Origin: Eledone cirrhosa
Taxonomy: Eukaryota
Length of the DNA: 64,000 bases
Assembly: GCA_964016885.1 (NCBI GenBank)
Contig: OZ024742.1
Location: forward strand, 40,734,001 to 40,798,000
Direction of reading: 5' to 3'
The position numbers were made by a program, and so were the translations under genes. The notes below the pieces were generated by a model, which searched no databases, had not been told where the DNA came from, and was given only the letters and a program-made list of their open reading frames with translations. Positions 11,304 to 26,500 of the stretch are shown piece by piece; within the stretch, counting starts at the first letter, position 1; the number at the start of each line of letters is the position of its first letter.

Positions 11304-11479
11304 TGTTTCTACTTTAGGCACAAGGCCTGCAATTACCCAGTACATTACTGGTACTTTATTCTATCAACCTCGTAAGGATGAAAGGCAAAGTTAACCTCGG
11401 CGGGATTTGAACTCAGACCGTAAGGGGACGTAACTATGCTGGAAAGCATGGCGTCCGACCCTCTACCGATACTGCCAAA
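11304..11479 (-). mobile_element. tRNA-derived SINE (short variant) with perfect 12-bp TSD
   Basis: Minus strand TTGGCAGTATCGG (A box), GAGTTCAAATCC (B box), TTTGCCTTTCATCCTTACGAGG central domain. TCAACTTATAAT at 11292-11303 and 11480-11491. Confidence 0.9.
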
Positions 11480-11542
11480 TCAACTTATAATGTAAAATGT
11501 TGAACTTAATAAATGTCGTTTTTTTCTAATGATATTGTTTGT

Positions 11543-14500
11543 GTGTTTCTTGGTATGCGGGTGATGTGTGTGTGAATGTGGTGTTTCTTGGTATGTGGGT
11601 GATGTGTGTGTGAATGTGGTGTTTCTTGGTATGTGGGTGATGTGTGTGTGAATGTGGTGTTTCTTGGTATGTGGGTGATGTGTGTGTGAATGTGGTGTTT
11701 CTTGGTATGCGGGTGATGTGTGTGTGAATGTGGTGTTTCTTGGTATGTGGGTGCTGTGTGTGTGAATGTGGTGTTTCTTGGTATGCGGGTGATGTGTGTG
11801 TGAATGTGGTGTTTCTTGGTATGTGGGTGCTGTGTATGTGAATGTGGTGTTTCTTGGTATGCGGGTGATGTGTGTGTGAATGTGGTGTTTCTTGGTATGT
11901 GGGTGATGTGTGTGTGAATGTGGTGTTTCTTGGTATGTGGGTGCTGTGTGTGTGAATGTGGTGTTTCTTGGTATGTGGGTGTTGTGTGTGTGAATGTGGT
12001 GTTTCTTGGTATGTGGGTGCTGTGTATGTGAATGTGGTGTTTCTTGGTATGTGGGTGTTGTGTGTGTGAATGTGGTGTTTCTTGGTATGTGGGTGCTGTG
12101 TGTGTGAATGTGGTGTTTCTTGGTATGTGGGTGTTGTGAGTGTGAATGTGGTGTTTCTTGGTATGCGGGTGATGTGTGTGTGAATGTGGTGTTTCTTGGT
12201 ATGTGGATGCTGTGTGTGTGAATGTGGTGTTTCTTGGTATGTGGGTGTTGTGTATGTGAATGTGGTGTTTTTTGCTATGTGGGTGCTGTGTATGTGAATG
12301 TGGTGTTTCTTGGTATGTGGGTGCTGTGTATGTGAATGTGGTGTTTCTTGGTATGTGGGTGATGTGTATGTGAATGTGATGTTTCTTGGTATGTGGGTGA
12401 TGTATATGTGAATGTGATGTTTTTTGGTATGTGAGTGCTGTGTGTGTGAATGTGGTGTTTCTTGGTATGTGGGTGCTGTGTATGTGAATGTGGTGTTTCT
12501 TGGTATGTGGGTGCTGTGTATGTGAATGTGGTGTTTCTTGGTATGTGGGTGCTGTGTATGTGAATGTGGTGTTTCTTGGTATGCGGGTGATGTGTATGTG
12601 AATGTGGTGTTTCTTGGTATGTGGGTGCTGTGTATGTGAATGTGGTGTTTCTTGGTATGCAGGTGATGTGTGTATGAATGTGGTGTTTCTTGGTATGCGG
12701 GTGATGTGAATGTGAATGTGGTGTTTCTTGGTATGCGGGTGATGTGTATGTGAATGTGGTGTTTCTTGGTATGTGGGTGCTGTGTATGTAAATGTGATGT
12801 TTCTTGGTATGTGGGTGATGTGTATGTGAATGTGATGTTTTTTGGTATGTGGGTGCTGTGTATGTGAATGTGATGTTTTTTGGTATGTGGGTGCTGTGTA
12901 TGTGAATGTGGTGTTTCTTGGTATGTGGGTGCTGTGTATGTGAATGTGGTGTTTCTTGGTATGTGGGTGCTGTGTATGTGAATGTGGTGTTTCTTGGTAT
13001 GTGGGTGCTGTGTATGTGAATGTGGTGTTTCTTGGTATGTGGGTGCTGTGTATGTGAATGTGGTGTTTCTTGGTATGTGGGTGCTGTGTATGGTAATGTG
13101 ATGTTTTTTGGTATGTGGGTGCTGTGTATGTGAATGTGGTGTTTCTTGGTATGTGGGTGCTGTCTATGTGAATGTGGTGTTTCTTGGTATGCGGGTGATG
13201 TGTATGTGAATGTGGTGTTTCTTGGTATGTGGGTGATGTGTGTGTGAATGTGGTGTTTCTTGGTATGTGGGTGCTGTGTATGTGAATGTGGTGTTTCTTG
13301 GTATGCGGGTGCTGTGTGTGTGAATGTGGTGTTTCTTGGTATGTGGGTGCTGTGTATGTGAATGTGGTGTTTCTTGGTATGTGGGTGCTGTGTATGTGAA
13401 TGTGGTGTTTCTTGGTATGTGGGTGCCGTGTGTGTGAATGTGGTGTTTCTTGGTATGTGGGTGCTGTGTATGTGAATGTGATGTTTCTTGGTATGTGGGT
13501 GCTGTGTGTGTGAATGTGGTGTTTCTTGGTATGTGGGTGATGTGTATGTGAATGTGGTGTTTCTTGGTATGTGGGTGCTGTGTATGTGAATGTGGTGTTT
13601 TTTGCTATGTGGGTGCTGTGTATGTGAATGTGGTGTTTCTTGGTATGTGGGTGCTGTGTATGTGAATGTGGTGTTTCTTGGTATGTGGGTGATGTGTATG
13701 TGAATGTGATGTTTCTTGGTATGTGGGTGATGTATATGTGAATGTGATGTTTTTTGGTATGTGAGTGCTGTGTGTGTGAATGTGGTGTTTCTTGGTATGT
13801 GGGTGCTGTGTATGTGAATGTGGTGTTTCTTGGTGTGTGGGTGCTGTGTATGTGAATGTGGTATTTCTTGGTATGTGGGTGCCGTGTATGTGAATGTGGT
13901 GTTTCTTGGTATGTGGGTGCTATGTATGTGAATGTGGTGTTTCTTGGTGTGTGGGTGCTGTGTATGTGAATGTGGTGTTTCTTGGTATGTGGGTGCTGTG
14001 TATGTGAATGTGGTGTTTCTTGGTATGTGGGTACTGTGTGTGTGAATGTGGTGTTTCTTGGTATGTGGGTGCTGTGTGTGTGAATGTGGTGTTTCTTGGT
14101 ATGTGGGTGCTGTGTGTGTGAATGTGATGTTTCTTGGTATGCGGGTGCTGTGTATGTGAATGTGGTGTTTCTTGGTATGTGGGTGCTGTGTATGTGAATG
14201 TGGTGTTTCTTGGTATGTGGGTGCTGTGTATGTGAATGTGATGTTTCTTGGTATGTGGGTGCTGTGTGTGTGAATGTGATGTTTCTTGGTATGTGGGTGC
14301 TGTGTATGTGAATGTGGTGTTTCTTGGTATGTGGGTGCTGTGTGTGTGAATGTGGTGTTTCTTGGTATGTGGGTGCTGTGTGTGTGAATGTGGTGTTTCT
14401 TGGTATGCGGGTGATGTGTATGTGAATGTGATGTTTCTTGGTATGTGGGTGCCGTGTATGTGAATGTGGTGTTTCTTGGTATGTGGGTGATGTGTGTGTG

Positions 14501-17500
14501 AATGTGGTGTTTCTTGGTATGCGGGTGATGTGTATGTGAATGTGATGTTTCTTGGTATGTGGGTGCCGTGTATGTGAATGTGGTGTTTCTTGGTATGTGG
14601 GTGATGTGTGTGTGAATGTGATGTTTCTTGGTATGTGGGTGCTGTGTATGTGAATGTAGTGTTTCTTGGTATGTGGGTGCTGTGTATGTGAATGTGGTGT
14701 TCCTTGGTATGTGGGTGCTGTGTGTGTGAATGTTGTGTTTCTTGGTATGTGGGTGCTGTGTATGTGAATGTGATGTTTCTTGGTATGTGGGTGCTGTGTA
14801 TGTGAATGTGATGTTTCTTGGTATGTGGGTGCTGTGTATGTGAATGTGATGTTTCTTGGTATGTGGGTGCTGTGTATGTGAATGTGGTGTTTCTTGGTAT
14901 GTGGGTGCTGTGTGTGTGAATGTGATGTTTCTTGGTATGTGGGTGATGTGTGTGTGAATGTGGTGTTTCTTGGTATGTGGGTGCCGTGTATGTGAATGTG
15001 ATGTTTCTTGGTATGTGGGTGATGTGTGTGTGAATGTGGTGTTTCTTGGTATGTGGGTGCTGTGTGTGTGAATGTGGTGTTTCTTGGTATGTGGGTGCTG
15101 TGTATGTGAATGTGGTGTTTCTTGGTATGTGGGTGCTATGTATGTGAATGTGGTGTTTCTTGGTGTGTGGGTGCTGTGTATGTGAATGTGGTGTTTCTTG
15201 GTATGTGGGTGCTGTGTATGTGAATGTGGTGTTTCTTGGTATGTGGGTACTGTGTGTGTGAATGTGGTGTTTCTTGGTATGTGGGTGCTGTGTGTGTGAA
15301 TGTGGTGTTTCTTGGTATGTGGGTGCTGTGTGTGTGAATGTGATGTTTCTTGGTATGCGGGTGCTGTGTATGTGAATGTGGTGTTTCTTGGTATGTGGGT
15401 GCTGTGTGTGTGAATGTGATGTTTCTTGGTATGTGGGTGCTGTGTATGTGAATGTGATGTTTCTTGGTATGTGGTTGCTGTGTGTGTGAATGTGATGTTT
15501 CTTGGTATGTGGGTGCTGTGTATGTGAATGTGATGTTTCTTGGTATGTGGGTGCTGTGTATGTGAATGTGGTGTTTCTTGGTATGTGTGTGCTGTGTGTG
15601 TGAATGTGGTATTTCTTGGTATGTGGGTGCTGTGTGTGTGAATGTGGTGTTTCTTGGTATGTGGGTGATGTGTGTGTGAATGTGATGTTTCTTGGTATGT
15701 GGGTGCTGTGTGTGTGAATGTGGTGTTTCTTGGTATGTGGGTGCCGTGTATGTGAATGTGGTGTTTCTTGGTATGTGGGTGCCGTGTATGTGAATGTGGT
15801 GTTTCTTGGTATGTAGGTGCTGTGTGTGTGAATGTGATGTTTCTTGGTATGTGGGTGCTGTGTATGTGAATGTGGTGTTTCTTGGTATGTGGGTGCTGTG
15901 TGTGTGAAAGTGGTGTTTCTTGGTATGTGGGTGCTGTGTGTGTGAATGTGGTGTTTCTTGGTATGTTGGTGATGTGTGTGTGAATGTGATGTTTCTTGGT
16001 ATGTGGGTGCTGTGTGTGTGAATGTGGTGTTTCTTGGTATGTGGGTGCCGTGTATGTGAATGTGGTGTTTCTTGGTATGTGGGTGCTGTGTGTGTGAATG
16101 TGGTGTTTCTTGGTATGTGGGTGCTGTGTGTGTGAATGTGGTGTTTCTTGGTATGTGGGTGATGTGTATGTGAATGTGATGTTTCTTGCTATGTGGGTGA
16201 TGTGTATGTGAATGTGGTGTTTCTTGGTATGTGGGTGCTGTGTGTGTGAATGTGGTGTTTCTTGGTATGTGGGTGCTGTGTGTGTGAATGTGGTGTTTCT
16301 TGGTATGTGGGTGATGTGTATGTGAATGTGGTGTTTCTTGGTATGTGGGTGATGTGTATGTGAATGTGGTGTTTCTTGGTATGTGGGTGCTGTGTATGTG
16401 AATGTGGTGTTTCTTGGTATGTGGGTGCTGTGTGTGTGAATGTGGTGTTTCTTGGTATGTGGGTGCTGTGTGTGTGAATGTGGTGTTTCTTGGTATGCGG
16501 GTGATGTGTATGTGAATGTGATGTTTCTTGGTATGTGGGTGCTGTGTGTGTGAATGTGGTGTTTCTTGGTATGTGGGTGCTGTGTGTGTGAATGTGATGT
16601 TTCTTGGTATGTGGGTGCTGTGTATGTGAATGTGATGTTTCTTGGTATGTGGGTGCCTTGTATGTGAATGTGGTGTTTCTTGGTATGTGGGTGCTGTGTG
16701 TGTGAATGTAGTGTTTCTTGGTATGCGGGTGATGTGTATGTGAATGTGATTTTTCTTGGTATGTGGGTGCTGTGTATGTGAATGTGATGTTTCTTGGTAT
16801 GTGGGTGCTGTGTATGTGAATGTGGTGTTTCTTGGTATGTGTGTGCTGTGTGTGTGAATGTGGTATTTCTTGGTATGTGGGTGCTGTGTGTGTGAATGTG
16901 GTGTTTCTTGGTATGTGGGTGATGTGTGTGTGAATGTGGTGTTTCTTGGTATGTGGGTGCTGTGTGTGTGAATGTGGTGTTTCTTGGTATGTGGGTGCCG
17001 TGTATGTGAATGTGGTGTTTCTTGGTATGTGGGTGCCGTGTATGTGAATGTGGTGTTTCTTGGTATGTAGGTGCTGTGTGTGTGAATGTGATGTTTCTTG
17101 GTATGTGGGTGCTGTGTATGTGAATGTGGTGTTTCTTGGTATGTGGGTGCTGTGTGTGTGAAAGTGGTGTTTCTTGGTATGTGGGTGCTGTGTGTGTGAA
17201 TGTGGTGTTTCTTGGTATGTTGGTGATGTGTGTGTGAATGTGATGTTTCTTGGTATGTGGGTGCTGTGTGTGTGAATGTGGTGTTTCTTGGTATGTGGGT
17301 GCCGTGTATGTGAATGTGGTGTTTCTTGGTATGTGGGTGCTGTGTGTGTGAATGTGGTGTTTCTTGGTATGTGGGTGCTGTGTGTGTGAATGTGGTGTTT
17401 CTTGGTATGTGGGTGATGTGTATGTGAATGTGATGTTTCTTGCTATGTGGGTGATGTGTATGTGAATGTGGTGTTTCTTGGTATGTGGGTGCTGTGTGTG

Positions 17501-20500
17501 TGAATGTGGTGTTTCTTGGTATGTGGGTGCTGTGTGTGTGAATGTGGTGTTTCTTGGTATGTGGGTGATGTGTATGTGAATGTGGTGTTTCTTGGTATGT
17601 GGGTGATGTGTATGTGAATGTGGTGTTTCTTGGTATGTGGGTGCTGTGTATGTGAATGTGGTGTTTCTTGGTATGTGGGTGCTGTGTGTGTGAATGTGGT
17701 GTTTCTTGGTATGTGGGTGCTGTGTGTGTGAATGTGGTGTTTCTTGGTATGCGGGTGATGTGTATGTGAATGTGATGTTTCTTGGTATGTGGGTGCCGTG
17801 TATGTGAATGTGGTGTTTCTTGGTATGTGGGTGATGTGTGTGTGAATGTGGTGTTTCTTGGTATGCGGGTGATGTGTATGTGAATGTGATGTTTCTTGGT
17901 ATGTGGGTGCCTTGTATGTGAATGTGGTGTTTCTTGGTATGTGGGTGCTGTGTGTGTGAATGTAGTGTTTCTTGGTATGCGGGTGATGTGTATGTGAATG
18001 TGATTTTTCTTGGTATGTAGGTGCCGTGTATGTGAATGTGGTGTTTCTTGGTATGTGGGTGATGTGTGTGTGAATGTGATGTTTCTTGGTATGTGGGTGC
18101 TGTGTATGTGAATGTAGTGTTTCTTGGTATGTGGGTGCTGTGTATGTGAATGTGGTGTGCCTTGGTATGTGGGTGCTGTGTGTGTGAATGTGGTGTTTCT
18201 TGGTATGTGGGTGCTGTGTATGTGAATGTGATGTTTCTTGGTATGTGGGTGCTGTGTATGTGAATGTGATGTTTCTTGGTATGTGGGTGCTGTGTATGTG
18301 AATGTGGTGTTTCTTGGTATGTGGGTGCTGTGTGTGTGAATGTGATGTTTCTTGGTATGTGGGTGATGTGTGTGTGAATGTGGTGTTTCTTGGTATGTGG
18401 GTGCCGTGTATGTGAATGTGATGTTTCTTGGTATGTGTGTGATGTGTGTGTGAATGTGGTGTTTCTTGGTATGTGGGTGCTGTGTATGTGAATGTGATGT
18501 TTCTTGGTATGTGGGTGCTGTGTATGTGAATGTGGTGTTTCTTGGTATGTGGCTGCTGTGTGTGTGAATGTGGCATTTCTTGGTATGTGGGTGCTGTGTG
18601 TGTGAATGTGGTGTTTCTTGGTATGTGGGTGATGTGTGTGTGAATGTGATGTTTCTTGGTATGTTGGTGCTGTGTGTGTGAATGTGGTGTTTCTTGGTAT
18701 GTGGGTGCCGTGTATGTGAATGTGGTGTTTCTTGGTATGTGGGTGCTGTGTGTGTGAATGTGATGTTTCTTGGTATGTGGGTGCTGTGTATGTGAATGTG
18801 GTGTTTCTTGGTATGTGGGTGCTGTGTGTGTGAATGTGGTGTTTCTTGGTATGTGGGTGCTGTGTGTGTGAATGTGGTGTTTCTTGGTATGTTGGTGATG
18901 TGTGTGTGAATGTGATGTTTCTTGGTATGTGGGTGATGTGTGTGTGAATGTGATGTTTCTTGGTATGTTGGTGCTGTGTGTGTGAATGTGGTGTTTCTTG
19001 GTATGTGGGTGCCGTGTATGTGAATGTGGTGTTTCTTGGTATGTGGGTGCTGTGTGTGTGAATGTGGTGTTTCTTGGTAAGTGGGTGCTGTGTGTGTGAA
19101 TGTGGTGTTTCTTGGTATGTGGGTGCTGTGTGTGTGAATGTGGTGTTTCTTGGTATGTGGGTGTGTGTGTATGTGAATGTGATGTTTCTTGGTATGTGGG
19201 TGATGTGTATGTGAATGTGGTGTTTCTTGGTATGTGGGTGCTGTGTATGTGAATGTGGTGTTTCTTGGTATGTGGGTGATGTGTATGTGAATGTGATGTT
19301 TCTTGGTATGTGGGTGCTGTGTGTGTGAATGTGGTGTTTCTTGGTATGTGGGTGCTGTGTATGTGAATGTGATGTTTCTTGGTATGTGGGTGCTGTGTGT
19401 GTGAATGTGGTGTTTCTTGGTATGTGGGTGCTGTGTGTGTGAATGTGGTGTTTCTTGGTATGTGGGTGCTGTGTGTGTCAATGTGGTGTTTCTTGGTATG
19501 TGGGTGCTGTGTGTGTGAATGTGGTGTTTCTTGGTATGTGGGTGCTGTGTGTGTGAATGTGGTGTTTCTAGGTATGTGGGTGCTGTGTATGTGAATGTGG
19601 TGTTTCTTGGTATGTGGGTGCTGTGTATGTGAATGTGATGTTTCTTGGTATGTGGGTGCTGTGTGTGTGAATGTGGTGTTTCTTGGTATGTGGGTGCTGT
19701 GTGTGTGAATGTGGTGTTTCTTGGTATGTGGGTGCTGTGTGTGTGAATGTGGTGTTTCTTGGTATGTGGGTGCTGTGTATGTGAATGTGGTGTTTCTTGG
19801 TATGTGGGTGCTGTGTGTGTGAATGTGGTGTTTCTTGGTATGTGGGTGCTGTGTGTGTGAATGTGGTGTTTCTTGGTATGTGGGTGCTGTGTGTGTGAAT
19901 GTGGTGTTTCTTGGTATGTGGGTGCTGTGTATGTGAATGTGGTGTTTCTTGGTATGTGGGTGCTGTGTGTGTGAATGTGGTGTTTCTTGGTATGTGGGTG
20001 CTGTGTGTGTGAATGTGGTGTTTCTTGGTATGTGGGTGCTGTGTGTGTGAATGTGGTATTTCTTGGTATGTGGGTGCTGTGTGTGTGAATGTGGTGTTTC
20101 TTGGTATGTGGGTGCTGTGTATGTGAATGTGGTGTTTCTTGGTATGTGGGTGCTGTGTATGTGAATGTGGTGTTTCTTGGTATGTGGGTGCTGTGTATGT
20201 GAATGTGATGTTTCTTGGTATGTGGGTGTTGTGTATTTGAATGTGGTGTTTCTTGGTATGTGGGTGCTGTGTGTGTGAATGTGGTGTATCTTGGTATGTG
20301 GGTGCTGTGTGTGTGAATGTGGTGTTTCTTGGTATGTGGGTGCTGTGTGTGTGAATGTGGTGTTTCTTGGTATGCGGGTGATGTGTATGTGAATGTGGTG
20401 TTTCTTGGTATGTGGGTGCTGTGTATGTGAATGTGGTGTTTCTTGGTATGTGGGTGCTCTGTATGTGAATGTGATGTTTCTTGGTATGTGGGTGCTGTGT

Positions 20501-23500
20501 GTGTGAATGTGGTGTTTCTTGGTATGTGGGTGCTGTGTGTGTGAATGTGGTGTTTCTTGGTATGTGGGTGCTGTGTGTGTGAATGTGGTGTTTCTTGGTA
20601 TGTGGGTGCTGTGTATGTGAATGTGATGTTTCTTTGTATGTGGGTGATGTGTGTGTGAATGTGGTGTTTCTTGGTATGTGGGTGCTGTGTGTGTGAATGT
20701 GGTGTTTCTTGGTATGCGTGTGATGTGTGTGTGAATGTGATGTTTTTTGGTATGTGGGTGCTGTGTGTGTGAAGGTGGTGTTTCTTGGTATGCGGGTGAT
20801 GTGTATGTGAATGTGGTGTTTCTTGGTATGTGGGTGCTGTGTGTGTGAATGTGGTGTTTCTTGGTATGTGGGTGCTGTGTGTGTGAATGTGGTGTTTCTT
20901 GGTATGTGGGTGCTGTGTGTGTGAATGTGGTGTTTCTTGGTATGCGGGTGATGTGTATGTGAATGTGATGTTTCTTGGTATGTGGGTGCCGTGTATGTGA
21001 ATGTGGTGTTTCTTGGTATGTGGGTGATGTGTGTGTGAATGTGGTGTTTCTTGGTATGCGGGTGATGTGTATGTGAATGTGATGTTTCTTGGTATGTGGG
21101 TGCCTTGTATGTGAATGTGGTGTTTCTTGGTATGTGGGTGCTGTGTGTGTGAATGTAGTGTTTCTTGGTATGCGGGTGATGTGTATGTGAATGTGATTTT
21201 TCTTGGTATGTAGGTGCCGTGTATGTGAATGTGGTGTTTCTTGGTATGTGGGTGATGTGTGTGTGAATGTGATGTTTCTTGGTATGTGGGTGCTGTGTAT
21301 GTGAATGTAGTGTTTCTTGGTATGTGGGTGCTGTGTATGTGAATGTGGTGTGCCTTGGTATGTGGGTGCTGTGTGTGTGAATGTGGTGTTTCTTGGTATG
21401 TGGGTGCTGTGTATGTGAATGTGATGTTTCTTGGTATGTGGGTGCTGTGTATGTGAATGTGATGTTTCTTGGTATGTGGGTGCTGTGTATGTGAATGTGG
21501 TGTTTCTTGGTATGTGGGTGCTGTGTGTGTGAATGTGATGTTTCTTGGTATGTGGGTGATGTGTGTGTGAATGTGGTGTTTCTTGGTATGTGGGTGCCGT
21601 GTATGTGAATGTGATGTTTCTTGGTATGTGTGTGATGTGTGTGTGAATGTGGTGTTTCTTGGTATGTGGGTGCTGTGTATGTGAATGTGATGTTTCTTGG
21701 TATGTGGGTGCTGTGTATGTGAATGTGGTGTTTCTTGGTATGTGGCTGCTGTGTGTGTGAATGTGGCATTTCTTGGTATGTGGGTGCTGTGTGTGTGAAT
21801 GTGGTGTTTCTTGGTATGTGGGTGATGTGTGTGTGAATGTGATGTTTCTTGGTATGTTGGTGCTGTGTGTGTGAATGTGGTGTTTCTTGGTATGTGGGTG
21901 CCGTGTATGTGAATGTGGTGTTTCTTGGTATGTGGGTGCTGTGTGTGTGAATGTGATGTTTCTTGGTATGTGGGTGCTGTGTATGTGAATGTGGTGTTTC
22001 TTGGTATGTGGGTGCTGTGTGTGTGAATGTGGTGTTTCTTGGTATGTGGGTGCTGTGTGTGTGAATGTGGTGTTTCTTGGTATGTTGGTGATGTGTGTGT
22101 GAATGTGATGTTTCTTGGTATGTGGGTGATGTGTGTGTGAATGTGATGTTTCTTGGTATGTTGGTGCTGTGTGTGTGAATGTGGTGTTTCTTGGTATGTG
22201 GGTGCCGTGTATGTGAATGTGGTGTTTCTTGGTATGTGGGTGCTGTGTGTGTGAATGTGGTGTTTCTTGGTAAGTGGGTGCTGTGTGTGTGAATGTGGTG
22301 TTTCTTGGTATGTGGGTGCTGTGTGTGTGAATGTGGTGTTTCTTGGTATGTGGGTGTGTGTGTATGTGAATGTGATGTTTCTTGGTATGTGGGTGATGTG
22401 TATGTGAATGTGGTGTTTCTTGGTATGTGGGTGCTGTGTATGTGAATGTGGTGTTTCTTGGTATGTGGGTGATGTGTATGTGAATGTGATGTTTCTTGGT
22501 ATGTGGGTGCTGTGTGTGTGAATGTGGTGTTTCTTGGTATGTGGGTGCTGTGTATGTGAATGTGATGTTTCTTGGTATGTGGGTGCTGTGTGTGTGAATG
22601 TGGTGTTTCTTGGTATGTGGGTGCTGTGTGTGTGAATGTGGTGTTTCTTGGTATGTGGGTGCTGTGTGTGTCAATGTGGTGTTTCTTGGTATGTGGGTGC
22701 TGTGTGTGTGAATGTGGTGTTTCTTGGTATGTGGGTGCTGTGTGTGTGAATGTGGTGTTTCTAGGTATGTGGGTGCTGTGTATGTGAATGTGGTGTTTCT
22801 TGGTATGTGGGTGCTGTGTATGTGAATGTGATGTTTCTTGGTATGTGGGTGCTGTGTGTGTGAATGTGGTGTTTCTTGGTATGTGGGTGCTGTGTGTGTG
22901 AATGTGGTGTTTCTTGGTATGTGGGTGCTGTGTGTGTGAATGTGGTGTTTCTTGGTATGTGGGTGCTGTGTATGTGAATGTGGTGTTTCTTGGTATGTGG
23001 GTGCTGTGTGTGTGAATGTGGTGTTTCTTGGTATGTGGGTGCTGTGTGTGTGAATGTGGTGTTTCTTGGTATGTGGGTGCTGTGTGTGTGAATGTGGTGT
23101 TTCTTGGTATGTGGGTGCTGTGTATGTGAATGTGGTGTTTCTTGGTATGTGGGTGCTGTGTGTGTGAATGTGGTGTTTCTTGGTATGTGGGTGCTGTGTG
23201 TGTGAATGTGGTGTTTCTTGGTATGTGGGTGCTGTGTGTGTGAATGTGGTGTTTCTTGGTATGTGGGTGCTGTGTATGTGAATGTGGTGTTTCTTGGTAT
23301 GTGGGTGCTGTGTATGTGAATGTGGTGTTTCTTGGTATGTGGGTGCTCTGTATGTGAATGTGATGTTTCTTGGTATGTGGGTGCTGTGTGTGTGAATGTG
23401 GTGTTTCTTGGTATGTGGGTGCTGTGTGTGTGAATGTGGTGTTTCTTGGTATGTGGGTGCTGTGTGTGTGAATGTGGTGTTTCTTGGTATGTGGGTGCTG

Positions 23501-26500
23501 TGTATGTGAATGTGATGTTTCTTTGTATGTGGGTGATGTGTGTGTGAATGTGGTGTTTCTTGGTATGTGGGTGCTGTGTGTGTGAATGTGGTGTTTCTTG
23601 GTATGCGTGTGATGTGTGTGTGAATGTGATGTTTTTTGGTATGTGGGTGCTGTGTGTGTGAAGGTGGTGTTTCTTGGTATGCGGGTGATGTGTATGTGAA
23701 TGTGGTGTTTCTTGGTATGCGGGTGCTGTGTGTGTGAATGTGGTGTTTCTTGGTATGTGGGTGATGTGTGTGTGAATGTGATGTTTCTTGGTATGTGGGT
23801 GATGTGTGTGTGAATGTGATGTTTCTTGGTATGTGGGTGATGTGTGTGTGAATGTGGTGTTTTTTGGTATGTGGGTGCTGTGTGTGTGAATGTGGTGTTT
23901 CTTGGTATGTGGGTTCTGTGTGTGTGAATGTGGTGTTTCTTGGTATGTGGGTGCTGTGTATGTGAATGTGATGTTTCTTGGTATGTGGGTGCTGTGTGTG
24001 TGAATGTGATGTTTCTTGGTATGTGGGTGCTGTGTATGTGAATGTGGTGTTTCTTGGTATGTGGGTGCTGTGTGTGTGAATGTGGTGTTTCTTGGTATGT
24101 GGGTGCTGTGTGTGTGAATGTGGTGTTTCTTGGTATGCGGGTGATGTGTATGTGAATGTGATGTTTCTTGGTATGTGGGTGCCGTGTATGTGAATGTGGT
24201 GTTTCTTGGTATGTGGGTGATGTGTGTGTGAATGTGGTGTTTCTTGGTATGCGGGTGATGTGTATGTGAATGTGATGTTTCTTGGTATGTGGGTGCCGTG
24301 TATGTGAATGTGGTGTTTCTTGGTATGTGGGTGCTGTGTGTGTGAATGTGGTGTTTCTTGGTATGCGGGTGATGTGTATGTGAATGTGATTTTTCTTGGT
24401 ATGTAGGTGCCGTGTATGTGAATGTGGTGTTTCTTGGTATGTGGGTGATGTGTGTGTGAATGTGATGTTTCTTGGTATGTGGGTGCTGTGTATGTGAATG
24501 TAGTGTTTCTTGGTATGTGGGTGCTATGTATGTGAATGTGGTGTTTCTTGGTATGTGGGTGCTGTGTGTGTGAATGTGGTATTTCTTGGTATGTGGGTGC
24601 TGTTTGTGTGAATGTGGTGTTTCTTGGTATGTGGGTGATGTGTGTGTGAATGTGATGTTTCTTGGTATGTGGGTGCTGTGTGTGTGAATGTGGTGTTTCT
24701 TGGTATGTGGGTGCCGTGTATGTGAATGTGGTGTTTCTTGGTATGTGGGTGCTGTGTGTGTGAATGTGATGTTTCTTGGTATGTGGGTGCTGTGTATGTG
24801 AATGTGGTGTTTCTTGGTATGTGGGTGCTGTGTGTGTGAATGTGGTGTTTCTTGGTATGTGGGTGATGTGTGTGTGAATGTGATGTTTCTTGGTATGTGG
24901 GTGCTGTGTGTGTGAATGTGGTGTTTCTTGGTATGTGGGTGCTGTGTGTGTGAATGTGGTATTTCTTAGTATGTGGGTGCTGTGTGTGTGAATGTGGTGT
25001 TTCTTGATATGTGGGTGCTGTGTGTGTGAATGTGGTATTTCTTGGTATGTGGGTGCTGTGTGTGTGAATGTGGTGTTTCTTGGTATGTGGGTGATGTGTG
25101 TGTGAATGTGATGTTTCTTGGTATGTGGGTGCTGTGTGTGTGAATGTGGTGTTTCTTGGTATGTGGGTGCCGTGTATGTGAATGTGGTGTTTCTTGGTAT
25201 GTGGGTGCTGTGTGTGTGAATGTGGTATTTCTTGGTATGTGGGTGCTGTGTGTGTGAATGTGGTGTTTCTTGGTATGTGGGTGATGTGTGTGTGAATGTG
25301 ATGTTTCTTGGTATGTGGGTGCTGTGTGTGTGAATGTGGTGTTTTTGGTATGTGGGTGCTGTATGTGTGAATGTGGTATTTCTTGGTATGTGGGTGCTGT
25401 GTGTGTGAATGTGGTGTTTCTTGGTATGTGGGTGATGTGTGTGTGAATGTGATGTTTCTTGGTATGTGGGTGCTGTGTGTGTGAATGTGGTGTTTCTTGG
25501 TATGTGGGTGCTGTGTGTGTGAATGTGGTATTTCTTGGTATGTGGGTGCTGTGTGTGTGAATGTGGTGTTTCTTGGTATGTGGGTGATGTGTGTGTGAAT
25601 GTGATGTTTCTTGGTATGTGGGTGCTGTGTGTGTGAATGTGGTGTTTCTTGGTATGTGGGTGCCGTGTATGTGAATGTGGTGTTTCTTGGTATGTGGGTG
25701 CTGTGTGTGTGAATGTGATGTTTCTTGGTATGTGGGTGCTGTGTATGTGAATGTGGTGTTTCTTGGTATGTGGGTGCTGTGTGTGTGAATGTGGTGTTTC
25801 TTGGTATGTGGGTGCTGTGTGTGTGAATGTGGTGTTTCTTGGTATGTTGGTGATGTGTGTGTGAATGTGATGTTTCTTGGTATGTGGGTGCTGTGTGTGT
25901 GAATGTGGTGTTTCTTGGTATGTGGGTGCCGTGTATGTGAATGTGGTGTTTCTTGGTATGTGGGTGCTGTGTGTGTGAATGTGGTGTTTCTTGGTATGTG
26001 GGTGCTGTGTGTGTGAATGTGGTGTTTCTTGGTATGTGGGTGCTGTGTGTGTGAATGTGGTGTTTCTTGGTATGTGGGTGATGTGTATGTGAATGTGATG
26101 TTTCTTGCTATGTGGGTGATGTGTATGTGAATGTGGTGTTTCTTGGTATGTGGGTGCTGTGTGTGTGAATGTGGTGTTTCTTGGTATGTGGGTGCTGTGT
26201 ATGTGAATGTGATGTTTCTTGGTATGTGGGTGATGTGTATGTGAATGTGGTGTTTCTTGGTATGTGGGTGATGTGTATGTGAATGTGATGTTTCTTGGTA
26301 TGTGGGTGCTGTGTGTGTGAATGTGGTGTTTCTTGGTATGTGGGTGCTGTGTATGTGAATGTGATGTTTCTTGGTATGTGGGTGCTGTGTGTGTGAATGT
26401 GGTGTTTCTTGGTATGTGGGTGCTGTGTGTGTCAATGTGGTGTTTCTTGGTATGTGGGTGCTGTGTGTGTGAATGTGGTGTTTCTTGGTATGTGGGTGCT